Assembly (NCBI GenBank): GCA_963728205.1
Contig: CAVSIV010000006.1
Coordinates: forward strand, 224,001 to 288,000
Length of the DNA: 64,000 bases
Direction of reading: 5' to 3'
Origin: an uncultured Chloroflexia bacterium
Lineage (GTDB): Bacteria > Chloroflexota > Dehalococcoidia > UBA2979
Position 1 is the stretch's first letter, and each line of letters begins with the position of its first letter. The notes under the pieces were generated by a model. That model searched no databases and had not been told where the DNA came from. It saw only the letters and a list, made by a program, of their open reading frames with translations. This document shows positions 47,541 through 57,744 of this stretch, one piece after another. Made by a program: the position numbers and the translations under genes.

Positions 47541-49412
47541 CTACGCGGAGCCCGGCCCGCGGTCGTCGACGAGCGCCCCCGCTACCAGATCGTCGAAGCG
47601 ATTGAGCGCCGCGTCCGACTGGTTCGCGATGCCGCGCAGCGGGTCCGGCGCGCCCAGGTAGCGCTCGGCGAACAGCTGCGCGACGATCGCCTTGCGCTCG
47701 CCACCCTCGACGCGGTGCTCCCAGTCCGCCTGCTCGACCAGCAACGCACCCGCGTACACGTCGCCCATGAACTGCGTTAGCGGAAAGAGGCGCGCCTCGG
47801 CGGTCTCGCGCGGCAGCGACTTCCACGCGTCGATCGCCCGCTCGAGGTCGTCGGCGCGCTCCGCGACCAGCGCGGCGACGGGGGTTTCGCCACCGTGGTC
47901 GACGGCCTCGCGGATGCGCGCGAGCAGCGGCTCATCCGCCTGCTCGCGCTCGACGCCGCGGCGCACGTCGAGGCAGAGGATGTTGTCCGCGCCCTCCCAG
48001 ATCGTGTTGACGTGCGCGTCGCGCAGGATGCGCGCGACGGGCCAGTTCTCGATGTAGCCGTTACCGCCGTGCACCTCGATGGCATCGCTGGCCGCGGTGA
48101 TGCCGAGGCGCGCAGCCTTCAGTTTCACGATGGGAGCGCCGAGCCGCAGCCGCTCGCGGCCGTCGTGATCCTGCTGGTGGTTGGGCATGCCGTAGCCGTC
48201 GAAGACGAGCGCCTGGGTGGCCTCGACATCGACGATCAGCTCCGCGAGCTTGCGCCGCATCAGCGGCTGGTCGATGAGCCGCGCGCCGAAGGCGGACCGC
48301 GCCCGCGCGTAGCAGAGCGACTCCACGAGCGCGCGGCGCGCGCAGCCGAGCCCCATCATCGCGACGCCGAGCCGCGAGCCGTTGGTCATCGCCATCATCC
48401 GGGTGAGCCCGCGCCCGTCGCCGCCCGACGGCTCGCTCGCGGCGCCCGCGTCCCGCGGGTCGCCCGAGAGCAGGAAGGCCTCGGCGTCGATGAACTCGAC
48501 CTCCGCCGACGCCACCGACTTCGTGCCGAGCTTGTCCTTCAGCCGCCGGATGCGGATGCCGTTGCGTCGCCCGTCGCGGCGCTCCTTGAGCACGAGGAAC
48601 GTACAGACGCCCCGCACGCTGTCCGGGGCGCCCTCGGGCTTCGCCAGCACGACGAACGCCTCGCCGTCGACGTTCGAGACGAACCACTTGAACCCGTTGA
48701 TGCGCCACGACTCGCCATCCGCGTCCGGCGACGCGGTCGTCTCGAGATGGCCGAGGTCGGAGCCGCCGGTGCGCTCGGTGAGGAGCTGCGCGGCCGAGCC
48801 CTCCCACTCCGGCGAGAGGAGCTTCGGCATGACCCAGTCGCGCACGGCCGGCGGCGCGTAGCGGCCGACCAGGTTCTGGATCATCCCCATGCCCGTGCCA
48901 ATCGCGCAGGCGAGGCCGATGTCGGCCTGGTCGAGGAGGTACGAGAACGCCTCGCCCGGGAAGTCGAGCCGCACACCGTGCCGCTGCGCGTCCTGGCGGA
49001 TGGCCGGGTTGCTGAAGCGGTGCTTGAAGATCAGCTGCTTCGCCTCGATGACCGAGGGCGGCAGGATCACGCGGCCGATCTCGTGACCCCAGCGGTCGTA
49101 CTGCTCGAGGCGCGGCGGGTTCTTGTCGGTCTCCTCCGCGAGCACCGCGACCCGGCCGCCCATCATCGCGCCCAGCCCGTCGAGGTGCGGCTCCGCCCAG
49201 GCGAGCTCCTCCGGCGTGAGGTAGTAGCGCGCGAGGAACTGCAGCGTCGGGTCGGCCGCGTACCAGTTCAGGCCCACGGCGCCCGGGTAGCGCTCGGTGC
49301 GGTAGCGGTCGGCCTTCTCGTCGCCGCCGAACGGCAGGTGATCGACGTGCTCGTCGCGATACGGGAGGGGCGCCGCGGTGGCGCCAGCCGGTCGGTCGTA
49401 GGTCGAGGCCAT
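47541..49412 (-). CDS. Acyl-CoA dehydrogenase (AidB-like)
   Basis: LTERTGGSDL, GFKWF, RLKDKLG, HGGNGYIE, IWEG. Confidence 0.92.
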   Translation of the reverse strand: MASTYDRPAGATAAPLPYRDEHVDHLPFGGDEKADRYRTERYPGAVGLNWYAADPTLQFLARYYLTPEELAWAEPHLDGLGAMMGGRVAVLAEETDKNPPRLEQYDRWGHEIGRVILPPSVIEAKQLIFKHRFSNPAIRQDAQRHGVRLDFPGEAFSYLLDQADIGLACAIGTGMGMIQNLVGRYAPPAVRDWVMPKLLSPEWEGSAAQLLTERTGGSDLGHLETTASPDADGESWRINGFKWFVSNVDGEAFVVLAKPEGAPDSVRGVCTFLVLKERRDGRRNGIRIRRLKDKLGTKSVASAEVEFIDAEAFLLSGDPRDAGAASEPSGGDGRGLTRMMAMTNGSRLGVAMMGLGCARRALVESLCYARARSAFGARLIDQPLMRRKLAELIVDVEATQALVFDGYGMPNHQQDHDGRERLRLGAPIVKLKAARLGITAASDAIEVHGGNGYIENWPVARILRDAHVNTIWEGADNILCLDVRRGVEREQADEPLLARIREAVDHGGETPVAALVAERADDLERAIDAWKSLPRETAEARLFPLTQFMGDVYAGALLVEQADWEHRVEGGERKAIVAQLFAERYLGAPDPLRGIANQSDAALNRFDDLVAGALVDDRGPGSA

Positions 49413-49496
49413 CGTGCTCCCCCGGGGTGCGCCGGCATCACAGGACGGATGCAGGCTACACCCCGCCGCGGGAGGGCTGGGCCGGGCCGTCGCGCG

Positions 49497-50291
49497 CTAC
49501 GGCAGGAGCCGGCCGTGCCGGCGCGCGACCCACAGCGCTCCTCCGACGAGCGCGAGCGACGCCACGACGAGCCCCGCGACGTTGAACGCCGTCGGGGCTC
49601 CGCCGCCCGGCGCGCTCTCGGCCGTAAGGGTCCGCGCATCGCCCAGCGGGTCGATGTTCCACGTGAGCTCGTTGCCGTGCTGCTCGTCGGCGTTCGTCTG
49701 GGTGACGTGACCGGGGAGGGCGAGGTGCACGGTGAACGACGCGTCCTTGAACAGCGTCTTCACCGTCGCCGGGTCGATCCCGCTGTCGGCGGCGGGGATC
49801 TGCGACGGCACGGTCGCCTGGAAGCGCCAGCCGCCGTTGCTCTGCCTGCGCAGCGTGAAGTCCTGCAGCGGGCTCGTCCCCGGCTGCTGGAACGAGTCCG
49901 ACGGGCCCGGCGTCGGCGCGGGAGAGACGTCCGCCGCCGCGCTCGCGGCGACGTCCGCGAAGGTCTGATCGAGCGTCGTCGCCACGTCGTCACCGGCCGC
50001 GAACGGGAAGGTCAGCCGCGCGCCGACGAAGCCGTCCTGCTGGTACGGCTCGACCTTCGCGCCGGGCGGGAGCTGCGACGGCGGCGTCTGCTCCAGCTGG
50101 TCGAACGGGTTCGCCGCCGCCTGGCCCGATTGCTGCGTCAGCGCCAGCAGCTGCTGGTCGATCGCCATGAGCATCGAGAGCGTACCCGAGCCGTCGTCGT
50201 GCACCGCAATCGCGAGGTCGACGCGGACGCATCCCGTCGCGAGCACGACGAGCGCGAGGAGCGGGGCGAGTCGCAGCAGCAGCTTCCGCAC
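49497..50291 (-). CDS. LppM/DUF3153-like lipoprotein with C-terminal TM
   Basis: LATGC-VRVDL..DDGSG; LPGHVTQTNAD..LTW; TM tail. Confidence 0.82.
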   Translation of the reverse strand: MRKLLLRLAPLLALVVLATGCVRVDLAIAVHDDGSGTLSMLMAIDQQLLALTQQSGQAAANPFDQLEQTPPSQLPPGAKVEPYQQDGFVGARLTFPFAAGDDVATTLDQTFADVAASAAADVSPAPTPGPSDSFQQPGTSPLQDFTLRRQSNGGWRFQATVPSQIPAADSGIDPATVKTLFKDASFTVHLALPGHVTQTNADEQHGNELTWNIDPLGDARTLTAESAPGGGAPTAFNVAGLVVASLALVGGALWVARRHGRLLP

Positions 50292-50378
50292 GCGAGGACC
50301 TCCGGTGACGGGGAGCGCGAAGGCGCGAACAGCGTATGGCGGCGGGACGACGCGATCACGACGGGCGCGGCCGCGCCG

Positions 50379-50846
50379 TCAGCGGGAGCGGACGACGCGG
50401 GCGAGCGCGGGCAGGCGCGCCGCGCCGCGCGGGGGATCGACCACGGCCGCGCCGCGGTGCACGCTCGCCGCGGGCGCCGCGGGCGCCGCCGGCGAGGCGG
50501 CGGCGCCGCGCAGCAGCAGCCCCGCGATGATCGGCGGCGCGAACGCCGCCACCCCCGTGGCGATGGCGACCGCCGGCGGCAATGCGATCGTCGCGAGGAA
50601 CGCGGTGCACCCCGCGGCGCCGCCCATCACCAGCACCGTGCCCATCGCACGCGGGAAGCGCCACGCCAGCAGCAGCACCGGGATGAACGAGAGGCCATGG
50701 AGGATGTGGCTCGCGCCGTGCGGATCGCCGCCGGCGAGGACATCCCCGGCCCCCACGAGCAGCAGCACCGCGAGCGGCAGCGCCAGCAGGTCCAGCGCGG
50801 CCTCCTTGAGACGCGCGCCGCCGGGCACACCAGAAGGGTCGCGCAT
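50379..50846 (-). CDS. Hypothetical membrane protein
   Basis: About four hydrophobic segments; start uncertain. Confidence 0.5.
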   Translation of the reverse strand: MRDPSGVPGGARLKEAALDLLALPLAVLLLVGAGDVLAGGDPHGASHILHGLSFIPVLLLAWRFPRAMGTVLVMGGAAGCTAFLATIALPPAVAIATGVAAFAPPIIAGLLLRGAAASPAAPAAPAASVHRGAAVVDPPRGAARLPALARVVRSR

Positions 50847-50991
50847 ACCGGGCGCCTCCCACGGGGCACCATGAGCATCGCGCCGCGCGGCGCCCGTGCA
50901 CACGGCCGAACGGACCGCGTTCCGCGGGTACTTGGTCAGGCGGCGGACATCCAGTCGTGATGGGTGCCGCGTCGGCGCGCCGGGCGCCGCG

Positions 50992-53748
50992 TCAGGCGGC
51001 GAGCGCGCGGTCCAGCCCCGACGTCAGCAAGGGCTCGATCTCCCGCGCCGGGTACGGCCGTGAGAAGAGGAACCCCTGGCCCAGCATGCACCCGAGCGAG
51101 CGCAGGTGCTCGACCTGCAACGGCTGCTCGATGCCCTCCGCGACGATCGACAGCCGCAGCCGCTTCGCAAGGTCGATCACCGCGCCGACCAGCGTCTCGG
51201 CATCCGCCGCCGTCCCGAGCCGGCTGATGAACGAGCGGTCGATCTTCAACGAGTCCACGGGGAAGGTGCCGAGGTAGCCCAGCGACGAGTAGCCCGTTCC
51301 GAAATCGTCGATCGCCACCGCCACGCCGAGCCGCTTCAGCCGCGCGAGCGCGGCCGCGATCGTGTCCTGCTGCTCGGCGAGCGTCGCCTCCGTGATCTCG
51401 AGCACGATCGAGGTGCCCGGCACGCCGAACTCCGCGAGTGTCGCGGCGACGTCGTCGGGGAATCCGGCGTCGAGCAACTGGAGCGTGGAGACGTTGATCG
51501 CCATGCGCAGCGACGCGAGCTCCGGCAAGCGGCTGCGCCAGTCGGCGAGTTGTCGGCAGGAGTCGCGCAGGACGAGCCGGCCGAGCGGCACGATCAGCGC
51601 GGTCTCCTCGGCGAGCGGGATGAAGTCGCCCGGCGGGACGAGGCCGCGCACGGGATGACGCCAGCGCACGAGCGACTCCACGCCCTCGATCGCCCCGGTG
51701 TCGAGCGCCACTACCGGCTGGAAGTGCAGCTCGAACTCCTCGCGCGCGACCGCCAGGCGGAGGTCGCGCTCCAGCTCGTGCCGCGCGAGGAGCGCGGCCT
51801 CCATGGCCGCGTCGAACACGGCCGCCCGCCGCTTGCCCGCGCCCTTCGCCGCGTACATCGCGATATCCGCGCGGCGCAGCAGCTCGTCGGCGTCCTGCGC
51901 ACCGCCGCGCCCGATCGCGATGCCGATGCTCGCGCCGACGTGCACCTCCGCCTCGCCGGCACAAAGCGGCGGCTCGAGGGCGGCAAGCAGGCGCGCGGCG
52001 AGCTGCTCGGCGGCGACGGCCGACGGCACGCCCTCCACCACCGCCGTGAACTCGTCGCCCCCGAACCGCGCGAGCGCAACGTCGGGCGGCAGCACACGCC
52101 GGAAGCGCCGGCCGATCTCCACCAGCAGGGTGTCTCCGATCGGGTGGCCGAAGAGGTCGTTCAACGCCTTGAAGTCGTCGAGGTCGACGAAGAGCACCGC
52201 GACGAGCGCCCCCGTGGAGGCGGCCGCCGCGCGCGCGAGGGCGTCGGCGAGGCGGTCGTGCAGCTGCGCGCGGTTCGGGAGTTGCGTCAGCTCGTCGTGG
52301 CGCGCCTGGTGGCCGAGTTGCTCGACGAGTCGGTGGCGCTCGGTGACGTCGCGGCCGTTGAGGACCACGCCGCCGACGGCGGGGTCGTCGCGCAGGTCGG
52401 TGAGGCGCGCATCGATCCGTCGCCACGCGCCGGTGGCGTCGCGCAGCCGCACCTCCATCGTCCCGGGCGCGGCCGGCCCCCGCAGGCGCAGCACCTCGGC
52501 CAGCGGCGCGAAGTCGTCGGGGTGCACGAGCGCGTCGAGCGGTCGGCCGAGCAGCGTCGACGGCGCGCGACCGAGGACGTGCCGCGCCGAGTCGCTCTGG
52601 TAGGTGATGATGCCGGCGGCGTCGATCACGGTGATCAGGTCGGAGGCGTTCTGCACGAGCGAGCGCAGGCGCCGCTCGCTGCGCTCGAGCTCGTCGGCGT
52701 GGGCGGCGTGTTCCAGGGCGCGGGCGGCGCGCGACGCGAGCAGGTCGAGCGCCTCGCGATCGGCCTCGCCGAGCCGCTCGCCTCGCGCGGAGCCCGCGAG
52801 CAGCACGGCCGGCTGCCCGCCGGCCGCGCGGACCGGGACGGCGATGCGACACGCGAGCGGCACCTCCGCACCCGCCGCCGCGGCCCCCGCGACCGGCGGC
52901 GGTCCGCCGTCGACGCGCACGGTCACGCCGCCGCGCGCCGAGGGCCTCGCGCCGCCGGCGGGCCACCAGGAGTCGCCCGGCGGCATCGCGCCCCGCGCCT
53001 GCACCACGGTGAACGCGGCCTCGCCGGGCGCCTGCACCGCGATGCCGCCGGCGTCGAAGCCGAGCGCGAGCACCGCGTCGGCGACCGCCTGCAGCACCTC
53101 GGCGGTGGAGCGCGACTGCAGCTCGCGCGCCGCGGACGCGACCACCGCGAGCTGCGCCGCCCGGCGCTCGGCGTCGGCCCGCGCGCGCGCGTGCTGGCGC
53201 GCCTGCTCCCCCATCTCGCGCGCCAGGAAGCTCGCCATGGAGAAGACGGCCGCCGTCGCGACGAAGCGGAAGAAGAGCACGTCGACCGCAACCGGCGGGC
53301 CGGCGCGCAGCACGGCGACGTAGGCGCCGAGCGCGACGATCGACAGGACGAACTGGCTGCGCACGGGATACGAGGCGGCGTAGAAGACGACGATGGGGAT
53401 GTAGAGCAGGAACAGCTCCGAGCGCTCGAAGCCGGTCATCGCCACCACGGACGTGACCAGAACGATGTCCATCACGGACCACCCGTAGAGACACCACATG
53501 CCCCAGCGCTGCTCGAGGATCCAGGCCCAGGGCGCCGTCGCCACCGCGCCGACGCCGACGAAGCCGACGATCACCGCGATCGCGTACGGCCCGCCGTCGA
53601 CGGTGACCTCGCCGGGCAGCATCGGGTAGAGCGTCATCGCCGCGAGGACGACGACGCTGGCGATCACGCCGATGCGGATCGCGCGCAGCTGGTAGGGGCG
53701 CGAGAGGTCGGGCCGTGCGGCCGTCGATCCCGCGCTGCCTGCGCTCAC
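50992..53748 (-). CDS. Membrane GAF-PAS-GGDEF-EAL protein
   Basis: Multi-TM N-term; PAS VHPDD; RFGGDEF; VESLVRW; DDFGTGYSSL; SD GGGAGG before GTG. Confidence 0.93.
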   Translation of the reverse strand: MSAGSAGSTAARPDLSRPYQLRAIRIGVIASVVVLAAMTLYPMLPGEVTVDGGPYAIAVIVGFVGVGAVATAPWAWILEQRWGMWCLYGWSVMDIVLVTSVVAMTGFERSELFLLYIPIVVFYAASYPVRSQFVLSIVALGAYVAVLRAGPPVAVDVLFFRFVATAAVFSMASFLAREMGEQARQHARARADAERRAAQLAVVASAARELQSRSTAEVLQAVADAVLALGFDAGGIAVQAPGEAAFTVVQARGAMPPGDSWWPAGGARPSARGGVTVRVDGGPPPVAGAAAAGAEVPLACRIAVPVRAAGGQPAVLLAGSARGERLGEADREALDLLASRAARALEHAAHADELERSERRLRSLVQNASDLITVIDAAGIITYQSDSARHVLGRAPSTLLGRPLDALVHPDDFAPLAEVLRLRGPAAPGTMEVRLRDATGAWRRIDARLTDLRDDPAVGGVVLNGRDVTERHRLVEQLGHQARHDELTQLPNRAQLHDRLADALARAAAASTGALVAVLFVDLDDFKALNDLFGHPIGDTLLVEIGRRFRRVLPPDVALARFGGDEFTAVVEGVPSAVAAEQLAARLLAALEPPLCAGEAEVHVGASIGIAIGRGGAQDADELLRRADIAMYAAKGAGKRRAAVFDAAMEAALLARHELERDLRLAVAREEFELHFQPVVALDTGAIEGVESLVRWRHPVRGLVPPGDFIPLAEETALIVPLGRLVLRDSCRQLADWRSRLPELASLRMAINVSTLQLLDAGFPDDVAATLAEFGVPGTSIVLEITEATLAEQQDTIAAALARLKRLGVAVAIDDFGTGYSSLGYLGTFPVDSLKIDRSFISRLGTAADAETLVGAVIDLAKRLRLSIVAEGIEQPLQVEHLRSLGCMLGQGFLFSRPYPAREIEPLLTSGLDRALAA

Positions 53749-53979
53749 GCCGCGGCTCCCTCCCTGCGCGCCGCCGGGCGGGCGCATCCTGCCGGCCGCG
53801 CGGGCGGCCGGGCATCGCATCCGTGCTCTTCCCGGATCGTCGGCAGATACGCGTAGCGCAGACAGGGCCGCGTCGCGGGTCCGGGCTCGGACCGACGGCG
53901 GTGGGCGGCGCGTATCATGCGTGGCGCTCGCCCGGCCGGGTACCGGCCGGCGCCGGGCGGAGGCGCGAAGGGGGTACGC

Positions 53980-54819
53980 ATGGCCACCCAGGCAACCGTC
54001 GTCGACGAGGTCGTCACCCTCAACGGGCTGCGATTCCACTACCGCGACTGGCCGAGCGCGCGGCCCGACGCGCAGGATCTCGTGCTGCTGCACGGCTTCA
54101 CCGGGCACGCGCGGAGCTGGGACTCGTTCGCCGCGGCGATGAGCCGCGACTACCGCGTGCTGGCGCTGGATCAGCGCGGGCACGGCGAGACGGAGTGGGC
54201 CGCGCCCGACCAGTACGGCGTCTTCTACCAGGTGTCGGATCTCGAGGCGTTCGTCGCGGAGCTCGGGCTCGACGGCTTCGCGCTGCTCGGCCTCTCGATG
54301 GGCGGCCGCAACGCGTTCCACTACGCCGGCGCGCGCCCGGCGGCGCTGGAGCGGCTCGTGATCGTGGACATCGGCCCCGAGGTGGCGGCGGCGGGCGCCA
54401 CGCGCATCAACGCCGGCGTGCAGGCGAACGACGTCTTCGACTCGATCGAGGACGCGGTGGCGCAGGCCGGCCGCGCGAACCCGAACGCGGACGAGCACGA
54501 GCAGCGACACCGCGTGACGGAGAACCTGATGCCGACCGCCGACGGCCGGTTCACGTACCGCTACGACCGCGCGCTGCGCGACCCGAACAACCCGCGCCCG
54601 CGGCCCGCCCCCGAGGAGGGCTGGCGGCTGCTCGCGAACATCGCGGTGCCGACGCTGCTCGTGCGCGGCGAGATCAGCGACGTGCTCTCGCGCGAGATGG
54701 CGGAGCGGATGCTGGAGACGATCCCGGACTGCCGCTTCGCGGAGGTGCCGGGTTCGGGGCACTCGGTTCCGCTGGAGCGGCCACGCGAGTTCCTCGCCGC
54801 GGTACGAACGTTCCTGTAA
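53980..54819 (+). CDS. Alpha/beta hydrolase
   Basis: LLHGF, DQRGHG, GLSMGG, SGH. Confidence 0.93.
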   Translation: MATQATVVDEVVTLNGLRFHYRDWPSARPDAQDLVLLHGFTGHARSWDSFAAAMSRDYRVLALDQRGHGETEWAAPDQYGVFYQVSDLEAFVAELGLDGFALLGLSMGGRNAFHYAGARPAALERLVIVDIGPEVAAAGATRINAGVQANDVFDSIEDAVAQAGRANPNADEHEQRHRVTENLMPTADGRFTYRYDRALRDPNNPRPRPAPEEGWRLLANIAVPTLLVRGEISDVLSREMAERMLETIPDCRFAEVPGSGHSVPLERPREFLAAVRTFL

Positions 54820-54830
54820 CGGCGCCGTCG

Positions 54831-54908
54831 GCGAGCGGCAGCCGTGAGCGCTGCCGTGCGGCGAGTGGCGACAACAGCCCCACGGCAGCGCCGACGGCTG
54901 CCGCTCGC
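54831..54908. repeat. Long intergenic imperfect hairpin
   Basis: GCGAGCGGCAGCCGT-GA-GCGCTGCCGTG ... CACGGCAGCGC-CG-ACGGCTGCCGCTCGC. Confidence 0.7.
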
Positions 54909-54983
54909 TGAGAGGGGCGCCTCCACAGGAGGCTGAAGCGTGCTGCGCGGCGCCGAGCGGTCGCGGCCTGGAGGCCGCGTTGA

Positions 54984-55008
54984 TATCGGCGGCGTATCTG
55001 CCGCCGCT
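54984..55008 (-). repeat. REP-like unit (family B, diverged)
   Basis: TATCGGCGGCGTATCTGCCGCCGCT. Confidence 0.75.
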
Positions 55009-55068
55009 TGCGGCGGACAATCACCCAACGCGCGTTATCATCCGGCCCTCGAGACAGGGGGACGTGCG

Positions 55069-57531
55069 ATGCGTGACCTCGATGGCGTGCGGGTCGTCGA
55101 TTTGAGCGAGGACGTGGCGGGAGCATTCGCGGCAAAGCTGCTGGCCGCCGCCGGCGCGGATGTCGTGAAGGTGGAGGCGCCCGGCGGCGATCCGACCCGC
55201 CACACCGGGCCGCGCGTGGGCGACGCACCCGACGGCAGCGTCCTCTTCGCCTACCTCAACACCGGCAAGCGCGGCGTCGTGCTCGACGCCGCCGACGCCG
55301 CGGACCGCGACGCGCTGTGGCGGCTGCTCCTCCGCGCCGACCTCGTGATCGAGAGCGGCGCGCCCGGCGCGTGGCGCGCCCGTGGCGTGGACTTCGACGT
55401 GCTGCAGGAGGCGCGCCCGGCAACCGTCGTCTGCTCGATCACGCCGTTCGGCCAGGACGGCCCGCGCGCCGGCTGGCGCGCGACGGCGCTCACGGCGGCG
55501 GCGGCCGGGGGTCAGATGGCGCTATGCGGCGAGTCGGACCAGCCGCCGCTGAAGAGCGCCGGCCACCAGGCCTTCTACCAGGCCGGGCTCCACGGCTTCG
55601 CCGCGAGCGTCACCGCGCTGTTCGCGGCGCGGCGCAGCGGCCTCGGCGACCACCTCGACCTCTCGATCCAGGAGGTGCAGGCGGCGAGCCTCGAGGGCTT
55701 CGGCCCGAACGCGCTCGTGCGCGGCACGGACGCCGAGCGCACCGGCAACCAGGCGCGCGCGGTCTGGGGGATCTATCCCTGCGCCGACGGGTTCGTCGGT
55801 GTGGCATCGATGGCGCGCCAGACCGGATCGGTCTATCGCTGCATCGGCCGGCCGGAGATGGCCGACGACCCCGCCTTCGCAAACCTGCTGGCGCACCCGG
55901 AGGCGAACGACGTCGCGGCCGCGCTCATCGCCGAGTGGACGACGGCGCACACCGCGCGCGAGATCTTCGACGAGTCGCAGCGGCACCGCGCGCCGTTCTC
56001 GCTGATCCCGACGCCGCGCGACCTGCTCGAGTGGGAGCCGCTGCGGCTGACCGGCTTCTGGCACGAGATCGACCACCCGGTGCTCGGACGGCACGCGCTG
56101 CCGGATCTGCCGTTCGCCATCGACGGCGCGCGCGGCACGTGGCGCCGCGCACCGCTAATCGGCGAGCACACCGCAGAGGTGCGCGCGGAGCTCGCCGCCG
56201 GCGCGAGCGCGCCCGCGATCGCGGGCGGCAGCGCGACGACGCCGGCGGGCGCGCCGCCGGCGATGCCGCTCGCGGGGCTGCGGGTGCTCGACGCGACGCA
56301 GGTGTGGGCCGGCCCGTACGCCGCGCGCTTCCTCGCCGACATGGGCGCCGATGTCATTCACGTCGAGGGCCCGACCTTCCCGGACGCGGTGCGCGGCATC
56401 GGCCGCGGCGACGACCCACGCTCGTTCAACAAGGCGCCGTACTTCAACGAGTACAACCGCAACAAGCGCGGGCTCGCGCTCGACCTGCAGCGACCCGAGG
56501 GCGTCGCGATCGCGAAGCGGCTCATCGCGCACGCCGACGTCGTGATCGAGAACTGGAGCGTGGGCGTGGCCGAGCGGCTCGGGCTCGGCTGGGAGCAGCT
56601 GCACGCGATCAACCCGCGGCTCGTGATGGTGCAGATGCCGGGGTTCAGCCAGTCGCCGCCGGAGTCGGAGCGCGTCGGCTTCGGGCCGACCATCGAGCAG
56701 ATGGGCGGGCTCGTCGCGCTGCAGGGATACGCGGGCGGGCCGCCGCACAAGAGCGGCATCTCGTATGGCGACCCGACCGCGGGCATCGTCGCGGCCGGCG
56801 CGACCGCGCTGGCGCTGCTGCGTCGCGAGCGCACCGGCGAAGGCAGCCACGTGGTGGTTGCGCAGCGCGACAACATCATCGGCATGGTCGGCGAGTTCAT
56901 GCTCGCGGAGTCGATCGGCGCGGGGTACCCCGTGCGGATCGGCAACCGCGACGCGGACTGCGCACCGCACGGCGTGTATCGCGCGCGCGACGACGCCGGG
57001 CGCATCCAGGCCGACGTCCTCGGCAACCCGCTGCGCGAGTTCAACGAGACGTGGCTCGCGATCGCGGTCGACTCCGACGACGCCTGGCGCGCGCTGCGGT
57101 CGGTGGTGGGCGACGCGCGGCTGGACGACCCGCGCTACGAGGGCGCCGAGGGGCGGCGGGCCGACGAGGACGCAATCGACGCCGTGCTCGGCGAGTGGGC
57201 TCGCGGGCTCGACGCCGACGAGGCGGCGGCGCGGCTGCAGGCTGCCGGGGTGAGCGCGATGCCGGTGCTCACGCCGCTGATGGTGACGCGCGACGCGCAC
57301 CTCGCGGCGCGCGGGGCATTCCCCAGCTACGACCACCCGGAAGCCGGGGTGCAGCGGACGATGCGCCCGGTGTGGCGGCTGCGCCGCCGGCCCCAGCCGC
57401 CGATCCGGCCCGCACCCTGCTTCGGCGAGCACAACGACACGATCCTGCGCGAGCTCGGCGGCTGCGACGACGCGGAGATCGCGCGGCTCGCCGAGGCACA
57501 GGTCATCACGGACGTGCCGCTGACGACGTAG
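55069..57531 (+). CDS. Tandem double-domain family III CoA-transferase
   Basis: Two CaiB repeats: GADVVKVE..NTGKR and GADVIHVE..NRNKR; YGDPTAG in the second. Confidence 0.93.
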   Translation: MRDLDGVRVVDLSEDVAGAFAAKLLAAAGADVVKVEAPGGDPTRHTGPRVGDAPDGSVLFAYLNTGKRGVVLDAADAADRDALWRLLLRADLVIESGAPGAWRARGVDFDVLQEARPATVVCSITPFGQDGPRAGWRATALTAAAAGGQMALCGESDQPPLKSAGHQAFYQAGLHGFAASVTALFAARRSGLGDHLDLSIQEVQAASLEGFGPNALVRGTDAERTGNQARAVWGIYPCADGFVGVASMARQTGSVYRCIGRPEMADDPAFANLLAHPEANDVAAALIAEWTTAHTAREIFDESQRHRAPFSLIPTPRDLLEWEPLRLTGFWHEIDHPVLGRHALPDLPFAIDGARGTWRRAPLIGEHTAEVRAELAAGASAPAIAGGSATTPAGAPPAMPLAGLRVLDATQVWAGPYAARFLADMGADVIHVEGPTFPDAVRGIGRGDDPRSFNKAPYFNEYNRNKRGLALDLQRPEGVAIAKRLIAHADVVIENWSVGVAERLGLGWEQLHAINPRLVMVQMPGFSQSPPESERVGFGPTIEQMGGLVALQGYAGGPPHKSGISYGDPTAGIVAAGATALALLRRERTGEGSHVVVAQRDNIIGMVGEFMLAESIGAGYPVRIGNRDADCAPHGVYRARDDAGRIQADVLGNPLREFNETWLAIAVDSDDAWRALRSVVGDARLDDPRYEGAEGRRADEDAIDAVLGEWARGLDADEAAARLQAAGVSAMPVLTPLMVTRDAHLAARGAFPSYDHPEAGVQRTMRPVWRLRRRPQPPIRPAPCFGEHNDTILRELGGCDDAEIARLAEAQVITDVPLTT

Positions 57532-57744
57532 CCGCGCCGCGTCGAGCGCCCGCGCGTCGAACGGCCGAACGGAACGCCCGCGCGTCGAGCGGCATCCCGG
57601 GAGGGTGCCGATCCCCCCGGGCGGCGCGGAAGCGGGGGACCCTCGCGGGGCGAGCGCCGATCGTGTGCATTGCCGCTCGGCGAGCCCGCGCGCGGGCCGT
57701 CCGCGGCACCGCGGGGTGCGCGCCGTGCGGGAGGGATTGGCAGC

